64,000 nucleotides of DNA from Myxococcota bacterium (GTDB lineage: Bacteria; Myxococcota_A; UBA796; GCA-2862545): contig JBCCQY010000015.1 of NCBI GenBank assembly GCA_039208735.1, positions 26,805 through 90,804 on the forward strand, given 5' to 3'. The notes below the pieces were generated by a model. That model searched no databases, had not been told where the DNA came from, and saw only the letters and a list, made by a program, of their open reading frames with translations. Within the stretch, counting starts at the first letter, position 1, and each line of letters starts with the position of its first letter. The translations under genes and the position numbers were made by a program. Below are positions 51,298-60,504 of this stretch, one piece after another.

Positions 51298-52263
51298 CTA
51301 CCCCCTTCCGACCCGCCATGCGTAGACGAACGCCGACAACAAGCCCATCGCCGTCGATACGAACAACGCAGGCCATCCGGAACCCCGTGAAAACAAGCTC
51401 GCCAGGGGCAACCAGTCGAGTCCAAGGGCGCCCAGGGTGGTGAGCCCGGTAAGCAAGACCACCACCACCGCGAACGGACCGGCAAACCCCTGCTTCAGGC
51501 CCGCCGTTCCCACCACCCCGATGCCCAAGGCGACCGAGGCGCCACACGCGGCGATGCCGTGTCGAATGAGGGCGGGCGTATTGGTCACCCCGACGATCGC
51601 CGTGATGTAGAGCAGGCTCATCGTGAAGAACAAGCCCAAGGTGAACGTCGACGCAATCCATCGGGCAAAACCGGAAATCCACCGGGGAATGGGCAGCGCG
51701 AGTTCGGCTTCGAGCGAGCCGTTGTCGCGATCCCGGGCCACGCCGCCCAGGCCGAAGACCGCGCCGTACATCACAAAAAGCATGCCGAGCACCCGGACAA
51801 TGTTGCGCCCCGCGCGGCCGGCGTAAGCGGCATCCGGCAGTGGATCAGGCTCTGGCATCCAGGTGGCGCCTAAGCGATCGCGAACCAGGTACTCGACTTC
51901 AAGCGAGGCGATGGAGGAGCCTCGAGCCCATAGGGTTTGGCCATCGGTGCCAAGCGGCGTGGCTCCTCGCTTGACGCTGTCGCGAACGGCGTCGACGTCC
52001 ACTCGGTCGAGTACGAACTGTCGTTCCTCGAGAGCGGCCGCCAAATCGTCTGGCACGTCGTGGGGCACGGCCACGTTGCGGGAGGGTCGGGTCAGCGCAA
52101 GGAACGCGACGGTGATGGTCAAGGTGACGCTGGCGACGAGGCCCGGCCACACCAGTGAGCGCAGGACCATGCCTTCGCGAAGCAGCCGCTGGATCATCGA
52201 AGCGGTCAACAACCAAAGCGCGCGGAGCGCACGGACGGTCGGGGTTTCGGGAAGTGGATTCAC
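51298..52263 (-). CDS. ABC-2 type transporter permease
   Basis: ARDRDNGSLEAELALPI motif, six TM helices, 4-bp overlap with the ATPase gene. Confidence 0.75.
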   Translation of the reverse strand: MNPLPETPTVRALRALWLLTASMIQRLLREGMVLRSLVWPGLVASVTLTITVAFLALTRPSRNVAVPHDVPDDLAAALEERQFVLDRVDVDAVRDSVKRGATPLGTDGQTLWARGSSIASLEVEYLVRDRLGATWMPEPDPLPDAAYAGRAGRNIVRVLGMLFVMYGAVFGLGGVARDRDNGSLEAELALPIPRWISGFARWIASTFTLGLFFTMSLLYITAIVGVTNTPALIRHGIAACGASVALGIGVVGTAGLKQGFAGPFAVVVVLLTGLTTLGALGLDWLPLASLFSRGSGWPALFVSTAMGLLSAFVYAWRVGRG

Positions 52264-52991
52264 TCGGTTGGCTCGACGAGGGCGATGAAGGCGTCATCGA
52301 GGTTGTCGGCGTTGGCCTGCTGCATGATCTCGGACAAGGTGCCCTCGGCCACGAGCTTGCCTTGAGCGACCACGCCGGCTCGGTTCACCAGACGTTCGAC
52401 TTCGCCCATGATGTGGGAGGAGAGAATCACCGTTCGGCCTTGGGATGCTTGATCGCGGACGAGGGCCAGCACGTCGCGTCGTCCCGGCACGTCGAGGCCA
52501 TCGGTGGGTTCATCGAGCAACAGCACTCGCGGATCGTGGACCAGTGCGCGTGCCAACACGACCCGCCGCTTCATTCCGGTGGACAGATCGCCGCAAGGTT
52601 GGTCCGCGAACGAGGTGGCTCCCATTCGTTCCAGGAGTTCTTCGGAGCGTCGGACCGGGTCTTTCACCCCTTGGATTGAGGCGAACAAGCGTACCACTTC
52701 ACGACCGGAAAGCCGCTCGGGCAGACCGGCCTCCGCGGGGACATACGCCATGAGTTCTCGGGCCCGCAACGGTCGGGCCACCCGATCCACGCCTTCCACC
52801 GTGATGGATCCTTCATCGGGATCGATGAGGGTTGCGATCATGCGAAGGGTGGTTGACTTTCCGGCACCATTGGGGCCGAGCAAGCCGTAGATCTCGCCGG
52901 GAGCAACCTCGAAGGTGAGGTGGTCGACAGCGACGATCGAGCCTCGTGATGCGGTGTGGAAACGCTTGACAAGCTGGCGGACGGCGATCAT
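52260..52991 (-). CDS. ABC transporter ATP-binding protein (NatA-like)
   Basis: [17 protein letters not shown] signature, LLLDEPTDGLD, SSH. Confidence 0.92.
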   Translation of the reverse strand: MIAVRQLVKRFHTASRGSIVAVDHLTFEVAPGEIYGLLGPNGAGKSTTLRMIATLIDPDEGSITVEGVDRVARPLRARELMAYVPAEAGLPERLSGREVVRLFASIQGVKDPVRRSEELLERMGATSFADQPCGDLSTGMKRRVVLARALVHDPRVLLLDEPTDGLDVPGRRDVLALVRDQASQGRTVILSSHIMGEVERLVNRAGVVAQGKLVAEGTLSEIMQQANADNLDDAFIALVEPTE

Positions 52992-53083
52992 CTCGGCCGG
53001 TCTAACACCCACCCTGGTCCACGAGGTCACCGATCCGGACATGCGATACCTGCGGCTATGGCCCGCAGGCCGTGGAGGAACCG

Positions 53084-54643
53084 GTGAAGGCACTCGATAG
53101 CTACCTCGAAGACCGCTGGGTCAGCGGATCGGAGCCTTTCGCTGAGCTGCGTGACCCGACGTCGGGCGACATCACGGCGCATGTCTCGAGCAAGGGGCTG
53201 GATCGACGGGCCGCGCTCCACCACGCGCGGACCGTCGGAGGTCCTGCGTTGCGCGCGATGACCTTCGCTCAACGGGCCGCGATGATCGAGCAGCTCGCAA
53301 AGGCCATCCATGCGCACCGCGACGAATTGCTCGAATTGTCGCGGCGCACTGGCGGAACCACGCGTGGAGACGGCAAGTTCGACATCGATGGCGCCGCCTC
53401 AACGATGCAGTACTACGCTTACCTCGGACGCGACCTCGGTGATCGGCGGGTACTCGTCGATGGTGAGGCCGAAGGCCTGCTCCGCAGCAAGCGCTTCGTT
53501 GGTCAACACGTCCTCGTGTCTCGTCCGGGCGTCGCGATTCACATCAATGCGTTCAATTTCCCGGCGTGGGGATTGGCCGAGAAGGCTGCAGTGGCCTGGC
53601 TCGCGGGCATGCCCGTCGTGGCGAAGCCAGGCATCCCGACCGGTGAAGTAAGCCAACGCATCGCGCAGCTCTGGGTCGAGACGGGCGTGCTGCCGCCTGG
53701 TGCATTCACGCTGGTGATGGGGGAGCCTGGCGATTTGCTTGATCATGTAGGGCCGATGGACTGTGTCGCGTTCACCGGCTCGTCGGCCACCGCGCAGAAG
53801 ATTCGGCAGCATCCGGCGGTTCAGCGGCACAACGTTCGACTCAACATCGAAGCCGACTCCCTGAACGCCTATGTGTTGGGCCCTGACGTCGAACCCGGCA
53901 CCGACACGTGGGAGATGTTCATCAACCAGACGGTCACGGATCTGCTGCAAAAATCAGGGCAGAAGTGCACCGCGGTGCGGCGAATCGTAGTGCCTCATCC
54001 CATCGTGGATGACGTCATCGGTGCGCTGACGGACCGCCTTTCAGGCATCACGGTGGGAGAGCCAGGTGAAAAGGGCACAGACATCGGTCCGCTGGTCACC
54101 GCCCAACAGCAAGCCCGCGTCAACGAAGGACTCGCCTCGTTAGCGTCCGCGGGCGTGCCGGTGTTCCAGGCCGATGCCCCTCCGCAGGGCGCCTTTGTGA
54201 AACCCTCGCTGTTCCGAGTGGAGGGAGGGGTGGCCGCACCACATGTCCACGACACGGAGGTGTTCGGTCCGGTTTCGGCCGTGCTGCCCTGCTCAGGCGA
54301 GGTGGACGAGGTCGTGGACATCGTGGTTGCCGCGGGTGGAGGCCTTGTGTGCTCCATTTATTCGGATGACCCCGAGTGGGCGGCTCCGGTGATTTGGGGT
54401 CTGGCGCCGTGGCATGGGCGGATTCACTGGGGCTCCCGCAAGGTTCACGATCAGAGCCCGGGGCCAGGCACCGTGTTGCCCAACCTCGTGCATGGGGGGC
54501 CTGGCAAGGCGGGGGGAGGTGAGGAACTCGGAGGGCTGCGAGGCCTGTCCTTTTACTTCCAACGAACCGCCATCCAAGCGGATCGTTCCCTGATCGAACG
54601 CATCGTCGAGGCCGACGCATCGATGTCACAAGACAACAACTGA
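53084..54643 (+). CDS. Aldehyde dehydrogenase of the PaaZ-N / 3,4-dehydroadipyl-CoA semialdehyde dehydrogenase type
   Basis: DIDG, HINAFNFPAWG, FTGS, EADSLN, GQKCTA, EVFGP, HGGPG..GGGEELGG; no MaoC domain. GTG 53084 after GGAGG. Confidence 0.88.
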   Translation: MKALDSYLEDRWVSGSEPFAELRDPTSGDITAHVSSKGLDRRAALHHARTVGGPALRAMTFAQRAAMIEQLAKAIHAHRDELLELSRRTGGTTRGDGKFDIDGAASTMQYYAYLGRDLGDRRVLVDGEAEGLLRSKRFVGQHVLVSRPGVAIHINAFNFPAWGLAEKAAVAWLAGMPVVAKPGIPTGEVSQRIAQLWVETGVLPPGAFTLVMGEPGDLLDHVGPMDCVAFTGSSATAQKIRQHPAVQRHNVRLNIEADSLNAYVLGPDVEPGTDTWEMFINQTVTDLLQKSGQKCTAVRRIVVPHPIVDDVIGALTDRLSGITVGEPGEKGTDIGPLVTAQQQARVNEGLASLASAGVPVFQADAPPQGAFVKPSLFRVEGGVAAPHVHDTEVFGPVSAVLPCSGEVDEVVDIVVAAGGGLVCSIYSDDPEWAAPVIWGLAPWHGRIHWGSRKVHDQSPGPGTVLPNLVHGGPGKAGGGEELGGLRGLSFYFQRTAIQADRSLIERIVEADASMSQDNN

Positions 54644-54697
54644 CGCCGCATCCTCGTCACCCCCTCGGTACATTGTGAGTAGGCAGTGGAGCGGCTT

Positions 54698-54838
54698 ATG
54701 CGCTGGATGGAAGAGCTGAAGAAGCAAGGCAAGACCCTAGTGGATGCGCTTCGCAGCCTGCTGCTTCCCAATGCGGAGCCGGAGCCTGAACTCGCCCCCG
54801 TTCGGGTGCCTTCGAGGCGTCAGCCCCGCCAAAAATAG
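54698..54838 (+). CDS. Small 46-aa hypothetical protein
   Basis: Below the ORF-track cut-off. GGAG SD 6 nt upstream of ATG; MRWMEELKKQGKTLVDALRSLLLPNAEPEPELAPVRVPSRRQPRQK; fills the intergenic gap. Confidence 0.6.
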   Translation: MRWMEELKKQGKTLVDALRSLLLPNAEPEPELAPVRVPSRRQPRQK

Positions 54839-54850
54839 ACTTGGGATGCG

Positions 54851-55996
54851 ATGACTGACCCGATTTCGCTCGCCCTCACGGCGCTCGCCGCGAGTCTTGG
54901 ATTCGCGATCATTTGGGTGCAGTGGCCCCAAACGCCGGAACTCGATGGCGAACGGTGGTTCAAGAGCCTTCTGGTGGCTCTGCTTCAAGGGCACGTGGAG
55001 GGCCGAGGCGGTGATGCGGATGCCTTCGATACGGAAGTCATCCGGTTTGTGCCCTACCATCCAGCCGGTCGGTTCCCCGAGCGCAAGATCACGATGCCGG
55101 AGTTGGCGGTCACTGGAGCGGCCCTCGATGGCGAACGGGCGCTCTGCGAGACGCTCGCCGCGCTGCCTACTCGAGAGGCTCGGTGGGCTCGGCTCTACGA
55201 CGAGGACGAAGCCGGTCTCGATGCCCGTCTGTCGGATCCGTACGACCTGGGTGAGGTGTACGATCCGACCACGGCGATGGGGCCGGACGCCTCCTGGGAG
55301 GCGGTCGCCGCGTGGGGGAAAGACCCCGACAGCGAAGCCGCGGTCGCCCTCAAGGCGGCGCTCTGGCGAAGCCTGCCCGTGCGCTGGGTGCTTATCAAAG
55401 GCCGATCGTCCCATCCCTCTCCTGCGCCGGTCCTCGATGCGCTTGCTCAGATCTTGGGTGAACGCGCCGTGATGCTGAAAGGAGATGCAGGTGCAGAGGG
55501 GGTCGCCGAGGCCCTGGGGGAGCTGGCCGACGATGATGGACCTCCCCTGGTGCACGTGGGCGAAGAGGCGGGCGTGACCTGGCTGCTGCATGCTCTGCCC
55601 GACAATGTCGTGCTGCGCGAACGCACCCAAGCCATTTTGAGCGTAGGGGGCGTGATTGGTGGCCGGTCGGACGTGGATTCGGGACCCCTTTCCACGATGG
55701 CGCAGCGTGATTGGCTCGGAGCCCACTTTCGCCAGCGACAGATCGAAACCGACGTGGTTCGGCTCACACCCTACTTTGCGGTGCAGTGGCTCGACCGGAC
55801 GTGCGAAGAGCCCGGCATCGAAGGATTGTCGTTGGCTTCGATGCGCTTCCCCGACCCCGACCCGACCGATGCCAGCGCCATCACGGTAGAGACCGTCGAT
55901 CTTGGCCCGTTGCCCGCCATCCCCACCTTGCCTACGGAACTCGTGGCGCGAGCGCTCATCACCTTCATCACGGCATGGCTCGCACAGCGTCGCTGA
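54851..55996 (+). CDS. Hypothetical membrane-anchored protein, possibly a degenerate alpha/beta hydrolase fold
   Basis: N-terminal TM helix; LVHVGEEAG and ILSVGGVIGG resemble a hydrolase elbow region without the Ser. Confidence 0.6.
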   Translation: MTDPISLALTALAASLGFAIIWVQWPQTPELDGERWFKSLLVALLQGHVEGRGGDADAFDTEVIRFVPYHPAGRFPERKITMPELAVTGAALDGERALCETLAALPTREARWARLYDEDEAGLDARLSDPYDLGEVYDPTTAMGPDASWEAVAAWGKDPDSEAAVALKAALWRSLPVRWVLIKGRSSHPSPAPVLDALAQILGERAVMLKGDAGAEGVAEALGELADDDGPPLVHVGEEAGVTWLLHALPDNVVLRERTQAILSVGGVIGGRSDVDSGPLSTMAQRDWLGAHFRQRQIETDVVRLTPYFAVQWLDRTCEEPGIEGLSLASMRFPDPDPTDASAITVETVDLGPLPAIPTLPTELVARALITFITAWLAQRR

Positions 55997-56033
55997 GATT
56001 ACGGAGTCCCGAAACCCCAGGACTGGAGGAGCG

Positions 56034-56942
56034 ATGGGTCCCGGCATCCGACCCATGCATCCCTTCCATCGAACCGAACTGCTGGTCGGTGGCGAAGGGC
56101 ACGACCGTCTCGTCGCCTCGTCGGCCTGTGTGATTGGCCTCGGTGGCGTGGGAAGCTACGCCGCCGAAGCGCTCGCTCGATCGGGCATCGGTCGGCTCGT
56201 GTTCGTGGATTTCGACAAGGTCTGCATCACCAACGTGAATCGACAACTCCACGCCACCCGGCGGACGGTGCGTCAGTTCAAGGCCGATCTGATGGTCGAG
56301 CGCGCAGCACAAATCAATCCCAAGGCCGATGTCGTCGGCATGCGCACGTTCTATGAGCCTGAAACCGCCGAGGCGATCCTTGGTGAGGGCTACGACATCG
56401 TGTTGGACTGCATCGACAACATGACGGCGAAGGTCCACCTGCTGCAGACCTGCATCGAGCGCGATCAGCCTGTGATCTCCGCCATGGGTGCAGGGGGACG
56501 AATGGATCCGACGCGCCTCCGCGTCACCGACATCGCGGAGACACGAAAGGATCCCTTCGCCCGGATCGTACGCCAGTTGCTTCGTGAACGTGGCATCACC
56601 GAAGGCGTGACGTGCGTGTGGTCGGACGAACCGCCCCACGATCTGGATCAAGCAGCGGAATCATCGTTTCGATGCATTTGTCCTGATAAATCGCTCAAGG
56701 ACAAGCACTCTTGCGAAGGGCGACATCAGGTTCAGGGCACCGTGCCTTGGATGCCCGCGATGTTTGGGTTGACGATGGCCGGGGTTGCGGTTCATCAAAT
56801 CCTTGATCGGCCGATTGCCGAGCGTCCCCGCCAGGTTCGGCTCAAGCCGACCGCAAAGCCATCCCGAGCCGAGAAGCAGCGATTGTTACGCCAAGCCGGG
56901 TATGGACGCGAGGAGATCGACGGTGGACCGAACGCTCGCTGA
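56034..56942 (+). CDS. tcdA: tRNA threonylcarbamoyladenosine dehydratase (ThiF family)
   Basis: RTELLVG, GLGGVGSYAAEALARSGIG, TNVNRQ, DCIDN, SAMGAGGRMDP. Alternative start at 56055. Confidence 0.88.
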   Translation: MGPGIRPMHPFHRTELLVGGEGHDRLVASSACVIGLGGVGSYAAEALARSGIGRLVFVDFDKVCITNVNRQLHATRRTVRQFKADLMVERAAQINPKADVVGMRTFYEPETAEAILGEGYDIVLDCIDNMTAKVHLLQTCIERDQPVISAMGAGGRMDPTRLRVTDIAETRKDPFARIVRQLLRERGITEGVTCVWSDEPPHDLDQAAESSFRCICPDKSLKDKHSCEGRHQVQGTVPWMPAMFGLTMAGVAVHQILDRPIAERPRQVRLKPTAKPSRAEKQRLLRQAGYGREEIDGGPNAR

Positions 56943-57402
56943 GTTTCCCGACGGCAAGGCTGCGGTGGCGGCGGTGAACGAGCTGGTTGCGGGCAGTTTC
57001 AACGCCGAAGACATCGAGTTCTTCGCGGTCAGAGCCGATGGCTCATCGGTTCCGGTACCCATCCGCTACCAGTCCGAGGTGGGTAGGGGCTTCGTGCTTG
57101 GGGGCATCCTCTCGCTTCCCGTCGGGATCGGCTTTGCGATGTCGCTTGGGTTGCAGGCCTCGCCCAGCCTGGCCATCCTCGTGGGTGGACTTGGTTGTGC
57201 GTTGGGCGCGACCCTTGGGGTGGGTTGGTGGAGTGTGAGGGCGGATCGATCGAGCATTCCGCGTGACGCAACGCGATTCGTTCTTGCGGTGAAGGGCCCA
57301 GCTGGTCGAACCGCACATGCACAGTCCGTGATGCAGCAGGCGGGCGGTACGGATGCAACGCCTCGTGCAACCCCGCCTGCGTCGGGACCGTCAGCGCAAT
57401 AG
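56923..57402 (+). CDS. Hypothetical two-TM membrane protein
   Basis: GTG 56923 after AGGAG; Gly-rich TM hairpin flanked by soluble segments. Confidence 0.6.
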   Translation: MDRTLAEFPDGKAAVAAVNELVAGSFNAEDIEFFAVRADGSSVPVPIRYQSEVGRGFVLGGILSLPVGIGFAMSLGLQASPSLAILVGGLGCALGATLGVGWWSVRADRSSIPRDATRFVLAVKGPAGRTAHAQSVMQQAGGTDATPRATPPASGPSAQ

Positions 57403-57425
57403 CTGACCGGTTCGGAGGAACCTCG

Positions 57426-58421
57426 ATGCCCGCAGGCTCACCCGGGCCCGGCACCCGCCGTCGCGTGGAGCGGATCGACCTTGGGGTCGGCCAACCATCG
57501 ATCGCCGTCGTGACGCTTGCGTCGCCGACCGACGGCCCGACGGTGGTCGTGACCGCCAACGTGCATGGCGATGAAGTGACGGGGTTGGCCGCGGTTCATG
57601 AACTGGACCGACAGCTCGCTGTTTCGCTTCGTCAGGGCAGCGTGGTGTTGGTTCCAAGCCTCAACCCGGAAGGGTTGGAGCAACAATCCCGCGTTCAGCC
57701 GGCCGATGGCGTCGATCTCAATCGCGTGTTTCCTGGGGATCCCACAGCGACCGCGGTGGGAGCGGCGCGCACCGCAGGACGGGTCTGGCTGGGCCTGCAT
57801 CGGCATTCGCCGGACGCCGTGATCGATCTGCATGCCGATTCGGCTTTGGCGATCCCCTACGCGATCATCGACCGATCGGTTCGGCTGGCCGGAGCCGCTC
57901 GTCAACGCATGGACCGCGCGCTTGAAGGGCTCGCCGAAGCGTCCGGTTTGACCGTACTCCGGGAATATCCTGACGAGTTGTATCGGAGGTTCCGCCTCGA
58001 TCAGTCTCTGGCTGGTGCGATGGTGAACCATGCGCGAGTGCCGGCCATCACCCTCGAAGTCGGTCCGCGGCGAGCGGTGGCTCCTATGGCGGTCCAGGTC
58101 ATGGTCCACGCCGTGTTGCGCATCCTCCATCACCTCAAGCTCATCGAAGAGGCTCCTCCGCCCTCGCCCACGCGTCGGCAGGGGGGGCCGTGGCGGCGTT
58201 CGTCGGCGCCCAAGGTCAGTGCCACCGGTCTGTTCGTGCCTTCTCGTTCCCCAGGAGAGTCGTTTCGGCGCGGCGATGTGTTGGGCGAAGTCCGAAACCT
58301 CCAGGGCACCGCGATCGAGATCGTGCGGGCCTCAGCAGATGGCTTGGTGGTGTCGTGGAGTGAGAACGCCTGGGTGACGGCACGGAGCGTACCCGGCACG
58401 ATCGGGTTGTTGGACGGATGA
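57426..58421 (+). CDS. Succinylglutamate desuccinylase/aspartoacylase (M14-like) family protein
   Basis: VHGDEVTG, LNP, DLNRVFPG, IDLH, ITLEVG, C-terminal barrel-sandwich hybrid domain. Confidence 0.88.
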   Translation: MPAGSPGPGTRRRVERIDLGVGQPSIAVVTLASPTDGPTVVVTANVHGDEVTGLAAVHELDRQLAVSLRQGSVVLVPSLNPEGLEQQSRVQPADGVDLNRVFPGDPTATAVGAARTAGRVWLGLHRHSPDAVIDLHADSALAIPYAIIDRSVRLAGAARQRMDRALEGLAEASGLTVLREYPDELYRRFRLDQSLAGAMVNHARVPAITLEVGPRRAVAPMAVQVMVHAVLRILHHLKLIEEAPPPSPTRRQGGPWRRSSAPKVSATGLFVPSRSPGESFRRGDVLGEVRNLQGTAIEIVRASADGLVVSWSENAWVTARSVPGTIGLLDG

Positions 58422-59590
58422 GTCGTCGACTGGTCGTCAATGGCTACAGCGCACGCTGGCTTCGGCAGGGATTTGCCTGGGTCTACCCAAAGGAAGTTGC
58501 GTCGGGCAAGGCGCGGCCTGGCCAAACCGTGGTCCTGGCGGATGAGCGAGGAGCCGTCCTAGGGACGGGCGTTGCCGACGACGGGTTTGTCGCCGTGCGT
58601 CGGTTCCGCGACGACGAAGGGCCGCTCGATCGTGGGTGGCTGTTTGGGGTGTTGGACCGCGCGTGGGCGCACCGCGAGCAAGTGGTCGACGAGGCCACGA
58701 CCGGCTTTCGCATCGTGCACGGACAGAATGACGGTTTGCCAGGTATTCGCTTGGATGTTTGGGCGGAATGGGCCACTATTGTCCTGGATAGCGAGAGCCT
58801 CACCCGATTCGTCGACGACATCGTGACGTGGCTGGTCGAACGTCGAGCCTCCGTGGGCGTGGTGTGCTGTTACCGTGCCGATCCTCGGGACGCCCGACGT
58901 CTGCCCGAGCCGCACGTCGTGTTTGGCGAGGTGCCTGACAGCGATGTGTTGGTCACGGAGCGCGGGTTGGCCTATCGGGTTCGCCCCACGGAAGGACCCG
59001 ATGTGGGGCTCTACGCCGATATGCGCGAGGTGAGGGGCTGGCTCGAATCGCATTGGACGGGAATGCGGGTGCTCAACCTCTTCGCGTACACGGCCGCATT
59101 CTCTGTTTCGGCGGCGGTGTTCGGGGCTGCGCGCACCACGTCGATCGATCTGTCCGGTCCGATTCTGGCGCGAGCGCGCGACAACTTCGTCATCAACGGT
59201 CTCGATCCCGAAGACCACGATTTTGAAGCTGAAGATGCATTCAAGGCGCTCGATCGGCATCGCCGGAAAGGCAACCTCTTTGACCGGGTGATCGTCGACC
59301 CTCCGTCGTTTTCACGAGGGAAGGAGGGATTTTCCGCCAAGCGAGATTGGCCTCGGCTCACGGCCGCCGCCACACGGGTTCTCGAAGATGGCGGATGGCT
59401 GATTGCGGCTTCCAATCAGGGGCAGACGTCGCCACGGGCCTTTGAAACCGCATTGTTTGAGGGGTTCAAGAAGGCGCGCGCCCATGGTCAGCTCATCCAT
59501 GTGGCGACCCAGGGGCCTGACTTTCCTGCGGCTACCTGGTTTCCCGAGGGCCGCTACCTGAAGGTCCGCATCTACCGGGTTTGGCGATAG
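58418..59590 (+). CDS. RlmI-like class I SAM-dependent rRNA methyltransferase
   Basis: PUA-like N-terminus, DGLPGI, GLYADMRE, VLNLFAYT, IVDPPSF, YLK. Confidence 0.85.
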   Translation: MSRRLVVNGYSARWLRQGFAWVYPKEVASGKARPGQTVVLADERGAVLGTGVADDGFVAVRRFRDDEGPLDRGWLFGVLDRAWAHREQVVDEATTGFRIVHGQNDGLPGIRLDVWAEWATIVLDSESLTRFVDDIVTWLVERRASVGVVCCYRADPRDARRLPEPHVVFGEVPDSDVLVTERGLAYRVRPTEGPDVGLYADMREVRGWLESHWTGMRVLNLFAYTAAFSVSAAVFGAARTTSIDLSGPILARARDNFVINGLDPEDHDFEAEDAFKALDRHRRKGNLFDRVIVDPPSFSRGKEGFSAKRDWPRLTAAATRVLEDGGWLIAASNQGQTSPRAFETALFEGFKKARAHGQLIHVATQGPDFPAATWFPEGRYLKVRIYRVWR

Positions 59591-59591
59591 G

Positions 59592-60338
59592 TCACGGGCT
59601 CCAAGTGGGGTCGAGGGCCTGCCGCAACTCCCCCACCGCGACAGCCAGGCCTAATTCGAGGGCGCGACAAATCACCGCATGCCCGATGCTCACCTCAGCG
59701 AGTTCGGGGATTTCGCGAAGATCCACAAGATTGTGACGGTCGAGATCGTGACCCGCGTTGAGCCCCAGTCCTACGGCTCGCGCCGCTGCGGCGGTGGCCC
59801 AGACGCGTTCGGTCTCCGGCGAAGGTTGGTCGGGGGACCATGCCCAGGCGTAGGGGCCTGTGTACAACTCCACCCGATCGATGCCGAGTTCCGCGAAGGC
59901 TGCCATCGGTTCGGGGTTGCAATCGACGAACCCACTGGTACGGATTCCCTGGTCTTTCAGCCGATCGATCGCCCGTCGAAGGCGGTCTGCGTCGACGGGC
60001 AACGACCAGCCATGGTCCGACGTCACTTCGCCCGGGGTTACGGGCACGAGCGTGCACTGGGAAGGTTGAACCTTGCAAACAAGGTCAAGCAGCCCTTCGT
60101 CATCTTCGCACTCGATGTTCAGTTCAACCCCGGGATGATGCTCAGCGAGATGGGCGGCCACCCCTGGCACATCGTCGAAGCGAACGTGACGCTGGTCGAG
60201 GCGGGGGTGCAGGGTAATGCCCTGGGCTCCGGCTGCGATCGAGCGGTCGACATACTCGAGCAGTGAAGGCACGTCGCGCCCCCGACTGTTTCGGAGCAAC
60301 GCAACCTTGTTGAGGTTGATGGAGAGAGCTGCGGGCAA
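59592..60338 (-). CDS. pdxJ: Pyridoxine 5'-phosphate synthase
   Basis: LSINLNKVALLRNSRG, ITLHPRLDQRH, CTLVP, TSDHGW, ELYTG, NAGHDL, EVSIGH. TTG 60338 chosen as start. Confidence 0.93.
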   Translation of the reverse strand: MPAALSINLNKVALLRNSRGRDVPSLLEYVDRSIAAGAQGITLHPRLDQRHVRFDDVPGVAAHLAEHHPGVELNIECEDDEGLLDLVCKVQPSQCTLVPVTPGEVTSDHGWSLPVDADRLRRAIDRLKDQGIRTSGFVDCNPEPMAAFAELGIDRVELYTGPYAWAWSPDQPSPETERVWATAAAARAVGLGLNAGHDLDRHNLVDLREIPELAEVSIGHAVICRALELGLAVAVGELRQALDPTWSP

Positions 60339-60504
60339 CGGAGCTTCCTGCGGACCGACCCCACGTTCGGCCGTGAGGTGAGCTAAGGGCCTGCCATGTG
60401 ACATAAGGTATCGGCAGTCCGATGGTGGACGCCGTGGTCGACGGAAAGGCCGAGAGCGCGGTAGCCTACTGGCGGCGCAGCCGGCTTCGGCGCGTGGAGC
60501 TCGC

